Positions 39,616-48,448 of a stretch of 58,457 nucleotides of DNA are shown here, piece by piece. The DNA comes from Verrucomicrobiota bacterium (GTDB lineage Bacteria > Verrucomicrobiota > Verrucomicrobiia > Limisphaerales > CANJXF01). The notes beneath the pieces are model-generated. The model worked only from the letters and a program-made list of their open reading frames with translations. It did no database searches and had not been told where the DNA came from. The translations under genes were made by a program, and so were the position numbers. Position 1 is the first letter of the stretch. The number at the start of each line of letters is the position of its first letter. Where the stretch lies: positions 1 through 58,457 of the forward strand of contig JBBQRQ010000021.1 of assembly GCA_038214755.1 (NCBI GenBank), given 5' to 3'.

Positions 39616-42582
39616 ATGCCGCGTGTAAAAAAGGATTCCACCAAATCCAGCCTGACGATTGCAATTGTCGCGCACGTTTTGGTTTTTCTGGTGATTTTCG
39701 TTTGGGCGGCGAAGACGGGGAAACTCGATCCCGTTTTGCGCGTGTTCAATCTTGTTCCAACAAAAAAACCGGAGCCGCCAAAAGAAAAACCGAAACCAGC
39801 GGAGCCAAAAATTGCGGAGCCGAAAGAAATTGTTGAACCGCAGGAAGCTCAAAAGCAGCCGCCGCCGACCACTCAAGCCTTGACTACTTCCGCTCCGAAT
39901 CCGAACGCGCCGCCTGCGCTTTCACCAGGTTTTTTCCAAGCAGAAAAGCGCGCGCCGAACGCGAAGCCGACGCCGTTTCAACCGCAAGTTCGCAGCGGCA
40001 AAACCACTGGTAAGGGAAGTAAAACGAACACGGGAACACCGTCGCTATTTTCAAACAAATCCACCAGGCCCAGCACCGTCGCGTCGGTGCTGGAAGATCG
40101 AAAGGCCGCAGTGGCTTCGCAGGACGCGATCAGTTCCGAGCAGATTACCAAAACAACCGCGAGCGACGCCGCCGCCGTGGTTTCAAAAATTTCCGGCGCC
40201 TCCATCGTGGAAGGAAAGTTCGTGGTCGTGCGCGGATTGAGTGATCGCTACAACACGACCACGTTGAACGGCGCGGACATTCCGACGGCCGATCCGTATC
40301 GCAAGGCCGCGCAACTCGACTTGATTCCCACGGCGATGATTGACCGGATCATTGTGAATAAAACTTTTACGCCGGACCAGCCGGGTGGTTTCGCGGGCGG
40401 CGCGGTGAATGTAGTGACGAAATCTTTTCCGGCGAAACCGTTCGCGTCGTTTTCTCTCGGCGCGGAATACAACACGCAATCCAGTTTGAACGAAAATTTT
40501 TTAAGTTATCACGGCGGCGCGACGGATTGGCTCGGGATGGACGACGGGTCGCGCGCGTTGCCGGGGAAATTGGAGAACGCGAACATTCCCACGCCGCCTC
40601 GGACCGCGCCCTCGCGTGAAACTCCAGCAGCGGCTGCGGCAAGACAAGCGCAAGCCGATTTGCTGGCCAGACTGACGGGTTCATTTCGATCCACGCAATT
40701 CGCCGCCAAAGAAAATACTTCGCCGCTGAATCAAAACTTTTCCCTGTCATTGGGCGACACCGCGCTTTTGGCGGAACGGCCATTCGGAATTTTCGCCAGT
40801 CTCAGTTACAAACGGGAATTTAATTTTTACGGGGATGGAGTTTCCGCGCGTTACAACAATGCCCTCGACTTGACCAAGCGTTGGGTGGACGCGCGCGGCA
40901 ACGAAACGGTGAACTGGGCGGGCGCGGTCAATCTCGCCTACCAACTGCATCCGAATCACGAATTGGGATTTAGTTTTCTTTACAACCAGAACAGCGAAGA
41001 CATCGGGCGGCGGCGCGTCGGGACAGATTTTACGACCGGCAGTCCCGAACTGGTCAGCGATTTAAACACGCTGCAATTCATCGAGCGCCAGTTGCACACG
41101 TTTCAACTCAAAGGCAAACATGAGTTGCTGCCGGAATCGCTCGAACTGAAAATTAATTGGCTGGCCGCGCTTTCTAATACTTCCCAGGACGAACCGGATT
41201 TGCGTTACTTCAATTATTATCACACGACCAGCGGCCGCACGTTCACCTTCGACAATTCCTTGCCTGAGCCGCGTCGGCCCACCCGATATTTCCGCGCATT
41301 GGAAGAGGACAATTTTAATACCAAGGTGGACGGCACGATTCCGTTTTGGTTTTTCAACGACGAACGCGGCGAACTTAAGGCAGGCGCATTTTACAGCAAG
41401 TCTGAAAGAACTTACGATGAACGGACTTTTTCTTACGCATCGCAAAGGAGCGATTCCGGTTTCGGCAATCCGCTTGATCCAAACACCTATCTCAATTCCA
41501 CGAACCTGAATTACACCACCGTGGTCGGGCCGCGCGGCACGAATTATATTTTTCCACGCTACCTCACTTCGGAACTGGGCAACAGCACTTACATTGGCAA
41601 ACAGGAAATCCAAGCGGCCTATTTGATGACGACATTGCCGTTCACGTCCCGATTGCGCGCGGTGGGCGGGGCGCGGGTGGAATCCACGGACTTGAGCGTC
41701 GCCTCGACGAGCGGCGCGTTGGCTTCCACCAACACAGCGCTTCGCCAAACTGATTTGTTGCCGGCGTTGAGTTTGATCGGCGACATCACTTCAAACCTGA
41801 CGTTACGCTTGAGTTATTCGCAGACGATTACGCGCCCGACTTATCGCGAGATTGCGTCGGTGCGCAGTTACGATTTGCCGACCGATACTTTGCTCGATGG
41901 CAATCCGAATTTGCAAATCACCTCGATCAAAAACTACGACGCGCGGCTGGAATGGTTTCCCAATCCCGGAGAAGTTTTTGCCGTCAGCGTTTTTTACAAA
42001 AACCTCAAAGCACCGATTGAAAAATATTCCGTGAATCAGGAATCCACCATTCTCACTTACATCAATCGCGACGCGGCGAAGCTCTATGGCGTGGAATTGG
42101 AAGCGCGCAAATCGCTCGGTTTTATTGATCCGCTTTTGAGCTACTTCAGCATCGGCGCAAATCTTTCGCTCATCGAATCAGAGGTAAAACTCACCGCCGC
42201 CGAACTCGCCAATAAACGTCCGTTGCGCCCGAATACGCCGACGAGCCGTTCGCTCTACGATCAATCGCCCTACATTTTCAACGCCGATTTTAATTACGAC
42301 AACCCGCGTCTCGGCACTTCCGCTTCATTGAGCCTCACGCTCGCCGGTCCGCGCGTTTTTTTCGTCAATCCATCCGGCCCCGACATCTACGAACATCCGC
42401 CGACGACCTTGGATTTTACTTTGGCGCAACGGCTGGGACGAAATCTGCGAATGAAATTTTCCGCAAAAAATCTGCTCGATCTTCCCTATCAGGTCACTTA
42501 CGGAAACAAGCCGGACGAATTTGTTTACACGTCCTACCGTCGCGGCGTCACGCTGGGGGTTTCGCTGGCTTACGATTTCTAA
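39616..42582 (+). CDS. TonB-dependent receptor with fused N-terminal TonB-like anchor and Pro-rich linker
   Basis: TM LTIAIVAHVLVFLVIFVW; KKPEPPKEKPKPAEPK linker; plug VVVRGLSDRY..LDLIP..I.V.KTFTPD..GGAVNVVTK; barrel GNPNL..NYDARLEWF and KNLLD; C-terminal LAYDF. Confidence 0.88.
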   Translation: MPRVKKDSTKSSLTIAIVAHVLVFLVIFVWAAKTGKLDPVLRVFNLVPTKKPEPPKEKPKPAEPKIAEPKEIVEPQEAQKQPPPTTQALTTSAPNPNAPPALSPGFFQAEKRAPNAKPTPFQPQVRSGKTTGKGSKTNTGTPSLFSNKSTRPSTVASVLEDRKAAVASQDAISSEQITKTTASDAAAVVSKISGASIVEGKFVVVRGLSDRYNTTTLNGADIPTADPYRKAAQLDLIPTAMIDRIIVNKTFTPDQPGGFAGGAVNVVTKSFPAKPFASFSLGAEYNTQSSLNENFLSYHGGATDWLGMDDGSRALPGKLENANIPTPPRTAPSRETPAAAAARQAQADLLARLTGSFRSTQFAAKENTSPLNQNFSLSLGDTALLAERPFGIFASLSYKREFNFYGDGVSARYNNALDLTKRWVDARGNETVNWAGAVNLAYQLHPNHELGFSFLYNQNSEDIGRRRVGTDFTTGSPELVSDLNTLQFIERQLHTFQLKGKHELLPESLELKINWLAALSNTSQDEPDLRYFNYYHTTSGRTFTFDNSLPEPRRPTRYFRALEEDNFNTKVDGTIPFWFFNDERGELKAGAFYSKSERTYDERTFSYASQRSDSGFGNPLDPNTYLNSTNLNYTTVVGPRGTNYIFPRYLTSELGNSTYIGKQEIQAAYLMTTLPFTSRLRAVGGARVESTDLSVASTSGALASTNTALRQTDLLPALSLIGDITSNLTLRLSYSQTITRPTYREIASVRSYDLPTDTLLDGNPNLQITSIKNYDARLEWFPNPGEVFAVSVFYKNLKAPIEKYSVNQESTILTYINRDAAKLYGVELEARKSLGFIDPLLSYFSIGANLSLIESEVKLTAAELANKRPLRPNTPTSRSLYDQSPYIFNADFNYDNPRLGTSASLSLTLAGPRVFFVNPSGPDIYEHPPTTLDFTLAQRLGRNLRMKFSAKNLLDLPYQVTYGNKPDEFVYTSYRRGVTLGVSLAYDF

Positions 42583-42591
42583 TTGCGCCTC

Positions 42592-42711
42592 GTAGGGCAG
42601 GCTTTCCCGCCTGCCGGTGCCGGGGACTTTCCAGTCCCTCGGAAATATTTAAAAAACCCATTCACGAAACTGGAAAGTTTTGTCACCGGCAAGCTCGAAA
42701 GCCTGCCCTAC
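42592..42711. repeat. Palindromic element family K (copy 2)
   Basis: Reverse-oriented relative of 37859-37989. Confidence 0.88.
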
Positions 42712-42730
42712 AACATCCTGTGAAAAAAAC

Positions 42731-42766
42731 TTCACGCATTTGTAACTCCACCGACCTTTGATCGTC
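42731..42766 (+). promoter_or_regulatory. Conserved promoter module upstream of the exported protein
   Basis: TTCACGCA-N3-GTAAC-N13-GATCGTC. Confidence 0.65.
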
Positions 42767-42828
42767 GCAGCATTGTGTCAGCTTCGTCCGCGTAGAAAAA
42801 AATCCGAAACAGAAATTGACAACTGACT

Positions 42829-44418
42829 ATGAAAAAAATCCTCCTCTCGCTCTTAACCGCGCTGGCGATACAAAGCGCCAGTGCCAGCACGAACAATATT
42901 TCCGGCAGCCTGACCGGAACAAATAATTGGTTCTCAACCAACACTTACATTCTAAACGGTCCAGTCTATGTGTTGAGCAATGCGGTGTTGAACATCGAGG
43001 CTGGCACGGTGATCAAAGGCCAGACTAACGCCAGCGCGGCGACCATTTCGATGCTCATCATTACACGTGGCGCAAAAGTTTTTGCGAACGGCACGGCGAA
43101 TAGTCCGATCATTTTTACCTCGGTGCTGGATGATGTTAATGATCCGTTTGATCTGCCGATCTATCAGCGCGGGCTTTGGGGTGGTGTCGTGATTTTCGGC
43201 AGCGCAAAGATCAACACGGCCAGCGACGCAGCGGGCAATGCCGCCAGTCCGAAATACGACGTTTACGAAGGTCTCGCCGACACTCAAATCAGCGGCCAAT
43301 TCGTCCATCGTTTCGGCGGAACAAATGATGACGATAGTTCCGGTGTTTTCCGTTATGTCTCGATTCGTCACGGCGGAAAAGTTTTGGAATCGAACAAGGA
43401 AATCAACGGACTTTCGCTCGGCACGGTCGGTCGCGGAACGACGATTGAATATGTCGAAGCTTACGCGATTGCCGACGACGGGTTTGAATTTTTCGGCGGC
43501 TCGGTTAATTGCAAATATTTAGTCAGCGCCTTCAACGACGACGATACGTTCGACGCCGATCAAGGTTACTCTGGAAAACTGCAATTCCTTTTCTCCATCC
43601 AAGAGCCGGGTGCGCGCGACAAAGGTTGGGAACTTAACGGTGAACCCAACGGAATCGCCGTGGGCGCATTGCCCACGATGAAAATGGAAGTTTATAACGC
43701 GACGACCATCGGCGCAGGAACCAACGGCGGCGGCTCGGCCAACAACGCCTTCACGATTCGCGAATTCGCCTCGCCGAGTTTTTTCAACTGCATCTTTACC
43801 GACTATTCGCAACGCGGCCTTTCCATCGGCGCCAACTGCACCAACTTCCTCAATTCTGGTTCGCTGGACATGAGAAATAATCTTTGGTGGGGTTTCGGCA
43901 CGAGCGCCGGCGCGAACACGGTGACGAATATCGTGATTGATAACGGCAGCGTGTTGTTCACCGATTCGACGCGCAGCAATTCCATCGTCAACCCGCAACT
44001 GCGCGGCATCAAACGCGATGACACCGGCGGACTCGACCCTCGCCCCTTGCCCGGCAGCCCCGCTCTCACCGGCGGTCGCACTCCGCCGAATAACGGGTTC
44101 TACACTCAAGTGAATTATCAAGGCGCTTTCGATGCGAATGATTTGTGGATCGCCGGTTGGACTGCGTTGTCGAAATACCAAATCATCCCGCTGGTGGTTG
44201 TGGCGCCGACGATCACATTCAACCGCAGTGGCGGTTCCATTGCGCTGAGTTCCACTTCGCAAATCGGACACACTTACCAACTCCAGTCCGTCAACACGTT
44301 GGGAACATTGCCCGGCTGGACCAATTCAGGAGCACCGGTAACGGGAACGGGATCGAACATCACTTTCATCAAACCCATCGGGGCGACGAATACATTTTAT
44401 CGCATCATGGTTCAGTAG
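42829..44418 (+). CDS. Exported, probable beta-helix protein with a C-terminal '...FYRI' domain
   Basis: Sec signal; GLWGGVVIFG, DDSSGVFRYVSIRHGG, EINGL, DDGFEFFGG, DDDTFD motifs; ends YQLQS..W..GTG..FYRIMVQ. Confidence 0.75.
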   Translation: MKKILLSLLTALAIQSASASTNNISGSLTGTNNWFSTNTYILNGPVYVLSNAVLNIEAGTVIKGQTNASAATISMLIITRGAKVFANGTANSPIIFTSVLDDVNDPFDLPIYQRGLWGGVVIFGSAKINTASDAAGNAASPKYDVYEGLADTQISGQFVHRFGGTNDDDSSGVFRYVSIRHGGKVLESNKEINGLSLGTVGRGTTIEYVEAYAIADDGFEFFGGSVNCKYLVSAFNDDDTFDADQGYSGKLQFLFSIQEPGARDKGWELNGEPNGIAVGALPTMKMEVYNATTIGAGTNGGGSANNAFTIREFASPSFFNCIFTDYSQRGLSIGANCTNFLNSGSLDMRNNLWWGFGTSAGANTVTNIVIDNGSVLFTDSTRSNSIVNPQLRGIKRDDTGGLDPRPLPGSPALTGGRTPPNNGFYTQVNYQGAFDANDLWIAGWTALSKYQIIPLVVVAPTITFNRSGGSIALSSTSQIGHTYQLQSVNTLGTLPGWTNSGAPVTGTGSNITFIKPIGATNTFYRIMVQ

Positions 44419-44446
44419 TCAGCCACTCTGCCAACGTCGGCAACAT

Positions 44447-44476
44447 GAGAAGCCCGACTGGGCTTCTCTTTTTTTT
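44447..44476 (+). terminator. Intrinsic terminator
   Basis: GAGAAGCCC-GACT-GGGCTTCTC followed by a T-tract. Confidence 0.8.
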
Positions 44477-44504
44477 CCAGACCAGGGAAGATGCTTGAAA
44501 CTTT

Positions 44505-44927
44505 CTAAATTGTTTCTGCCTCGGCGTTCAAAAGCGGATTTCGCAAGACCAGCACTTCTCCCACTCGCGCCACCAGTTCGCCTGGGCTGAACGGTTTGGT
44601 GAGGAAGTCATCCACGCCGGCTTTGATCGCGACAAGTTTGGTTGTCGCGCTCGCGCAAGCCGTCAGCATTAAAATGGGAATGGACGCGGTGGAGGGCAGC
44701 TTGTGGAGAATTTCGCAAACGGTGGCGCCGTCGAGGTCCGGCAACAGCAAATCCAAAATAATTAAATCCGGCAAAAAGGAGCGCGCTTTGTTCAGAGCTT
44801 CGAGGCCGGACTCGGCCGTTTCCACTTCGTAACCCGCACTCCGCAAATTGAACCCAACCAGATCAACCACATCTCGCTCGTCATCGACCACCAGCACTTT
44901 GGACTGCAAACGAATTTTTAATTGCAT
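44505..44927 (-). CDS. Single-domain response regulator (receiver similar to the phoB-like gene)
   Basis: VLVVDDE, IILDLLLP, LMLTA, DDFLTKPFSPGEL; no output domain. Confidence 0.88.
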   Translation of the reverse strand: MQLKIRLQSKVLVVDDERDVVDLVGFNLRSAGYEVETAESGLEALNKARSFLPDLIILDLLLPDLDGATVCEILHKLPSTASIPILMLTACASATTKLVAIKAGVDDFLTKPFSPGELVARVGEVLVLRNPLLNAEAETI

Positions 44928-44952
44928 GCTCTTTGAATAATGCCGGGGCCGC

Positions 44953-44999
44953 GACGCAGCAACGACGGGAGCGTTACGTCCTGGTTAAGATTAAGTGTC
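44953..44999 (-). promoter_or_regulatory. Pho-box-like triple repeat plus CGTC
   Basis: Minus strand reads GACAC-N6-TTAAC-N6-GTAAC-N16-CGTC. Confidence 0.6.
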
Positions 45000-45073
45000 G
45001 CGCACGCCGTGGTGAGCCGCGGCAATCATTGACCCAATCTATACCTCAATGGATTGCCTCACGCGTTTCACTT

Positions 45074-45934
45074 TCATTTGAACCGAATGGCTCGGCGCGC
45101 GAAGCGGCCCGGTGGCTCTCTGTAAATTTTTTCCGCCAACTTAAACGCGCGCTTTTGAAGTCGGGAACGTTGTCGGCAAATCTCCTCCCGAATTTTTTTA
45201 ATGGCGGGCGGCTTGAGCGAAAGATTGTGGCTCTTTAGCCCGGCGCTCAAGGAAGCAAGATCGTGATCTTTGCCGAGGCAATCACCCAACGCCGTGATTC
45301 TTTTGCGCGGGCTTCGCGTGGGGCAGAGACGCTGTCGTTGCAAAAGTCCGAACTGATGTTCCAGGTCTTTTACCCGCTTGCGCAGAGTATGAAGCTGTTT
45401 GTCGCCAGGATTTTTCTCCGCTTTTCGAAACGCTTTCCGCCCTCGCCGAAACGTTTCCTGCACTCCGTCACGCAGATCGTCCGCCGTGAATTTTTTACTC
45501 AGCCACGTTTCCACACGCGGGCGAGCGAGATTCAGCAGATGCAAAGAATTTCTTTTTCTGGCGTTCGCTGTTTTGAGCGCAGCCTCTCCTTTTAGTAAAA
45601 CGGCGATCACTTGCGACAGGCCCGCACAATGTTTCTTGGAATCTTTTTTCAGCGACTCGGCGGCGCTGACCAGAGCGCGGGCGTCACGAATGGGCGCGAG
45701 TCTCCGGCCAATGTCGCGGAAAGTCCGATTCTCTTTTTCAAAAACCGTGGCAGGAATTTCGTTTCGGAGAAGCCGAAGCAGCGCGCGCAGTTTTTTCAGG
45801 CGCCGCCGCGCTTCGTGGATATTTTCATGTTGCAGGGGACTCTGCCCAAGTTCAGCCGAGGCGGCATCCATCTCTTCGCGCGCGATCTGGCGCATGGCGC
45901 TGCGCAGTGTTTGTTCTTTTTCTGTAGAGGCCAT
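45074..45934 (-). CDS. CHAD domain (polyphosphate-binding) protein
   Basis: IHEARRRLKKLRALLRL, RDA, LHTLRKRVKDL, LGDCLGKDHD. Confidence 0.88.
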   Translation of the reverse strand: MASTEKEQTLRSAMRQIAREEMDAASAELGQSPLQHENIHEARRRLKKLRALLRLLRNEIPATVFEKENRTFRDIGRRLAPIRDARALVSAAESLKKDSKKHCAGLSQVIAVLLKGEAALKTANARKRNSLHLLNLARPRVETWLSKKFTADDLRDGVQETFRRGRKAFRKAEKNPGDKQLHTLRKRVKDLEHQFGLLQRQRLCPTRSPRKRITALGDCLGKDHDLASLSAGLKSHNLSLKPPAIKKIREEICRQRSRLQKRAFKLAEKIYREPPGRFARRAIRFK

Positions 45935-46004
45935 AAGTCGCTATCAATTTATTTTACGGACGGCGGACTGCATCTGGAGAAGCTGCCGTTTTTGAGGCGC
46001 GGCT

Positions 46005-46508
46005 CTACCTCTTTCGGATTTGCACAAGTTGACTTGGCTTCAACAACCATTCCAACTTCGCGCAACGGCCGGCTCGCAATTCGCCCACCGTCAATTTGCA
46101 CAAGCCTGCCTTTTTGAAGTTCAGTGATAGTTTTGGGCCGCCCGTGCTCAACAGCGAACTCAGCCCGCTCAAATAAGGTTCGTGCCCGACCAGCAAAATG
46201 TTTTTTAGCGAAGGATAATCTTCGTTTAGTTCTTCGATCAACTTTCGCGCATCTCCGCCGCTCGCCAGATTTTTTGACGAGCGCAATTTGTTGGATTTAA
46301 AAACTTCCGCGACGATTTCTCCAGTTCGTTTGGCGCGAACGAACGGGCTGGTTAGAATCAAATCGAAACTCAATTTCATCCGGCGCATTCCCCCGGCGAC
46401 ACGGACCATTTCCCGCTCGCCCTCGGTCGTGAGCGGACGCTTGCTGTCGTCCGGAAAACGCGAGCCGCGTTCCTCCGCTTTGGCGTGTCTCAGAAAATAG
46501 AGGTTCAT
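46005..46508 (-). CDS. sixA: Phosphohistidine phosphatase SixA
   Basis: LRHAKA, RPLT, SPFVRA..T, LVGHEP. Confidence 0.9.
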   Translation of the reverse strand: MNLYFLRHAKAEERGSRFPDDSKRPLTTEGEREMVRVAGGMRRMKLSFDLILTSPFVRAKRTGEIVAEVFKSNKLRSSKNLASGGDARKLIEELNEDYPSLKNILLVGHEPYLSGLSSLLSTGGPKLSLNFKKAGLCKLTVGELRAGRCAKLEWLLKPSQLVQIRKR

Positions 46509-46523
46509 CGTTTTTTAGTTTGA

Positions 46524-46669
46524 AACCACCAATCGACACGAACGCACACGAAAAAGAATAATTCCCAAAATGTATTTCGGCTTGAATTCACCCACGGCGT
46601 TCGCCGACGACGTTGATAAAGGGAACGGTCGTTGTTTTGTTTCGGGTTGATTCGTATTCGTCGGTGGTT
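46524..46669. repeat. Family M inverted arms
   Basis: AACCACCAATCGACACGAACGCACACGAAA...TTCGGGTTGATTCGTATTCGTCGGTGGTT. Confidence 0.6.
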
Positions 46670-46824
46670 GTCATGGCGAAAAATGGTTGGGTCAGGAAAT
46701 ACCAAATTGCTGTGTCAGCCAAATGGCGCGCACGTCACGTTCAGGTAACAAATCTCAGCAGCATTCATAATCCAGATTTGAAATGTGCGCGACGAAGGCG
46801 CTGACCGCCTATTGGAATCGCACC

Positions 46825-48075
46825 CTATGCCTGGCAAAATTTCTCGAACGCGCCGCCGAAAAGATCGGCCACGTCACGCTCAATTTCAGCGCGGGAAATT
46901 TGCCAGCCGGTGTCCAACAAGTCGGAATATTTATCCGCCAAAACGCGGGTGATAATGTTTTTGCTGTGTTGCCATTTGTAGATGATTTGATCGAGCACCC
47001 GCGCGTCGGAATGCTGCGGGGTCACACTCAAGCCAAGCATCTCCAGACGCATCCGCGTCGTCTCGTCGATGAGTTCGGGATTGTTCATAAACCACCAGCA
47101 ACCGAAGATGTGCAGGTTGCGAAATTTCCGCGCCAGCACGCAAAGCTCGTGTTGATTTTCCCTCGCCAAAACGGTGCAGAGAAATTTGTTTTCCGGGAAC
47201 ATCGCGCAAAGGTTTAAGAGCGAGGTGAGATTGCTTAAGCCAACTCCGTCACCGGCCAACCGGAGTTGCGGATTGGCCGCGCGGCGGACGCCGAGCATGA
47301 TGGCGAAGGGCAAATTGAAATCCCGGCAATGCGGCAAGATCGCTTCTTCAATGAGGCGATTAAAATCGGTTTTGTCGGGAAAAAGAAAATCGGGCGGCAA
47401 AGAAATCATCAGGTAACGCGCTTGCAATTTCTTGCTCCAATCGTCGAGAAAACGACGCATTTCGGAAAATGTTTTTTGGGAGAGCGCGGTGGTGACATTG
47501 TAGCCCCAACTGGCGAGACGGGCCGCCGTGCCGGGCCAGTCTAAAAACAACGGATCGATGCGCAGCGCCGCGACAAATCGCGGGTCGCGCGCAAAACCAT
47601 TTTCCCAAACCGGCCGCTCCAAATCGTCGAAAGGCGAATTGGTCATGTAGATGGATTTTGCGTTGGCCAGCTTCAGGCAGCGATTGATGTGTTGCGCGGG
47701 TTTTTGCGCCGCGAACCATTTGCGTAGCGAGCGGAGGTCGCGTTTTTTTACATCGAGATCGAGCGCGTTCAACGTGGTCAAAATTCCACGGCAGGATTCC
47801 GAAATCGGCGAATGTTGCGTGAAGAGCGCGTCCCAAATCATGCTGGCCTGATCGATCTTGGAGAGGCCCCAGAAATCTTTGTAAGGGATGTCGAAATAAC
47901 GAAACGATTCGGAGATGAGATAATGATAGGTCAGTAAATCGTCGATGCCCCAAAGGAGAAGTTTGCCAAACGCCGGGTCGTAGAGATGGGTGTGGACGTC
48001 GATGATGGGTGTGCTCTGGACGATTTTTTCGACTTGCGCGGCCAGCAATTTTTTTTTCGCGGCGGAGGCGTTCAT
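46825..48075 (-). CDS. uxaC: Uronate (glucuronate) isomerase, amidohydrolase fold
   Basis: DVHTH, WGIDDLLTYHYL, MTNSPFD, FGCWWF, QHSDARVLDQIIYKW. Confidence 0.8.
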   Translation of the reverse strand: MNASAAKKKLLAAQVEKIVQSTPIIDVHTHLYDPAFGKLLLWGIDDLLTYHYLISESFRYFDIPYKDFWGLSKIDQASMIWDALFTQHSPISESCRGILTTLNALDLDVKKRDLRSLRKWFAAQKPAQHINRCLKLANAKSIYMTNSPFDDLERPVWENGFARDPRFVAALRIDPLFLDWPGTAARLASWGYNVTTALSQKTFSEMRRFLDDWSKKLQARYLMISLPPDFLFPDKTDFNRLIEEAILPHCRDFNLPFAIMLGVRRAANPQLRLAGDGVGLSNLTSLLNLCAMFPENKFLCTVLARENQHELCVLARKFRNLHIFGCWWFMNNPELIDETTRMRLEMLGLSVTPQHSDARVLDQIIYKWQHSKNIITRVLADKYSDLLDTGWQISRAEIERDVADLFGGAFEKFCQA

Positions 48076-48448
48076 GACAGCGACGCTACAAAAGGCGGAT
48101 TGTTCCCGCTATGAGAATTTTTGGAAAGTTATGGTGGCGGGCGATGATGCCGCTTCCTGGGCTTCACTCGGATCAACCGTTGTCGGCGGTGGCGGCCGGA
48201 CCAATGTGCTGGTGAACCTCGACACTGCGACTAAGTTCCTGCGACTGGTTCAATCGCCCTGACGCACGCTCCGAACAGACGCGTCCTACCGTTTAATAAA
48301 CAACGGCCAACACCGCTGCTTGTTCAGCGGATTTCAACACGTCATCGAACTTTGAGAAGCAGGCTGCGGCGGTTCCGGCGATAGCTGCGCGTCTAACCCG
48401 ATCGTCATCCGGCCGGAATCGGATGATCAATTCCGCGGCGCGTCCAGG

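Noticed and set aside
48290..48448. Possible gene remnants in spacers (also 12150-12320, 31860-31980, 55370-55490)
   Set aside because: Too short to assign without a database search.
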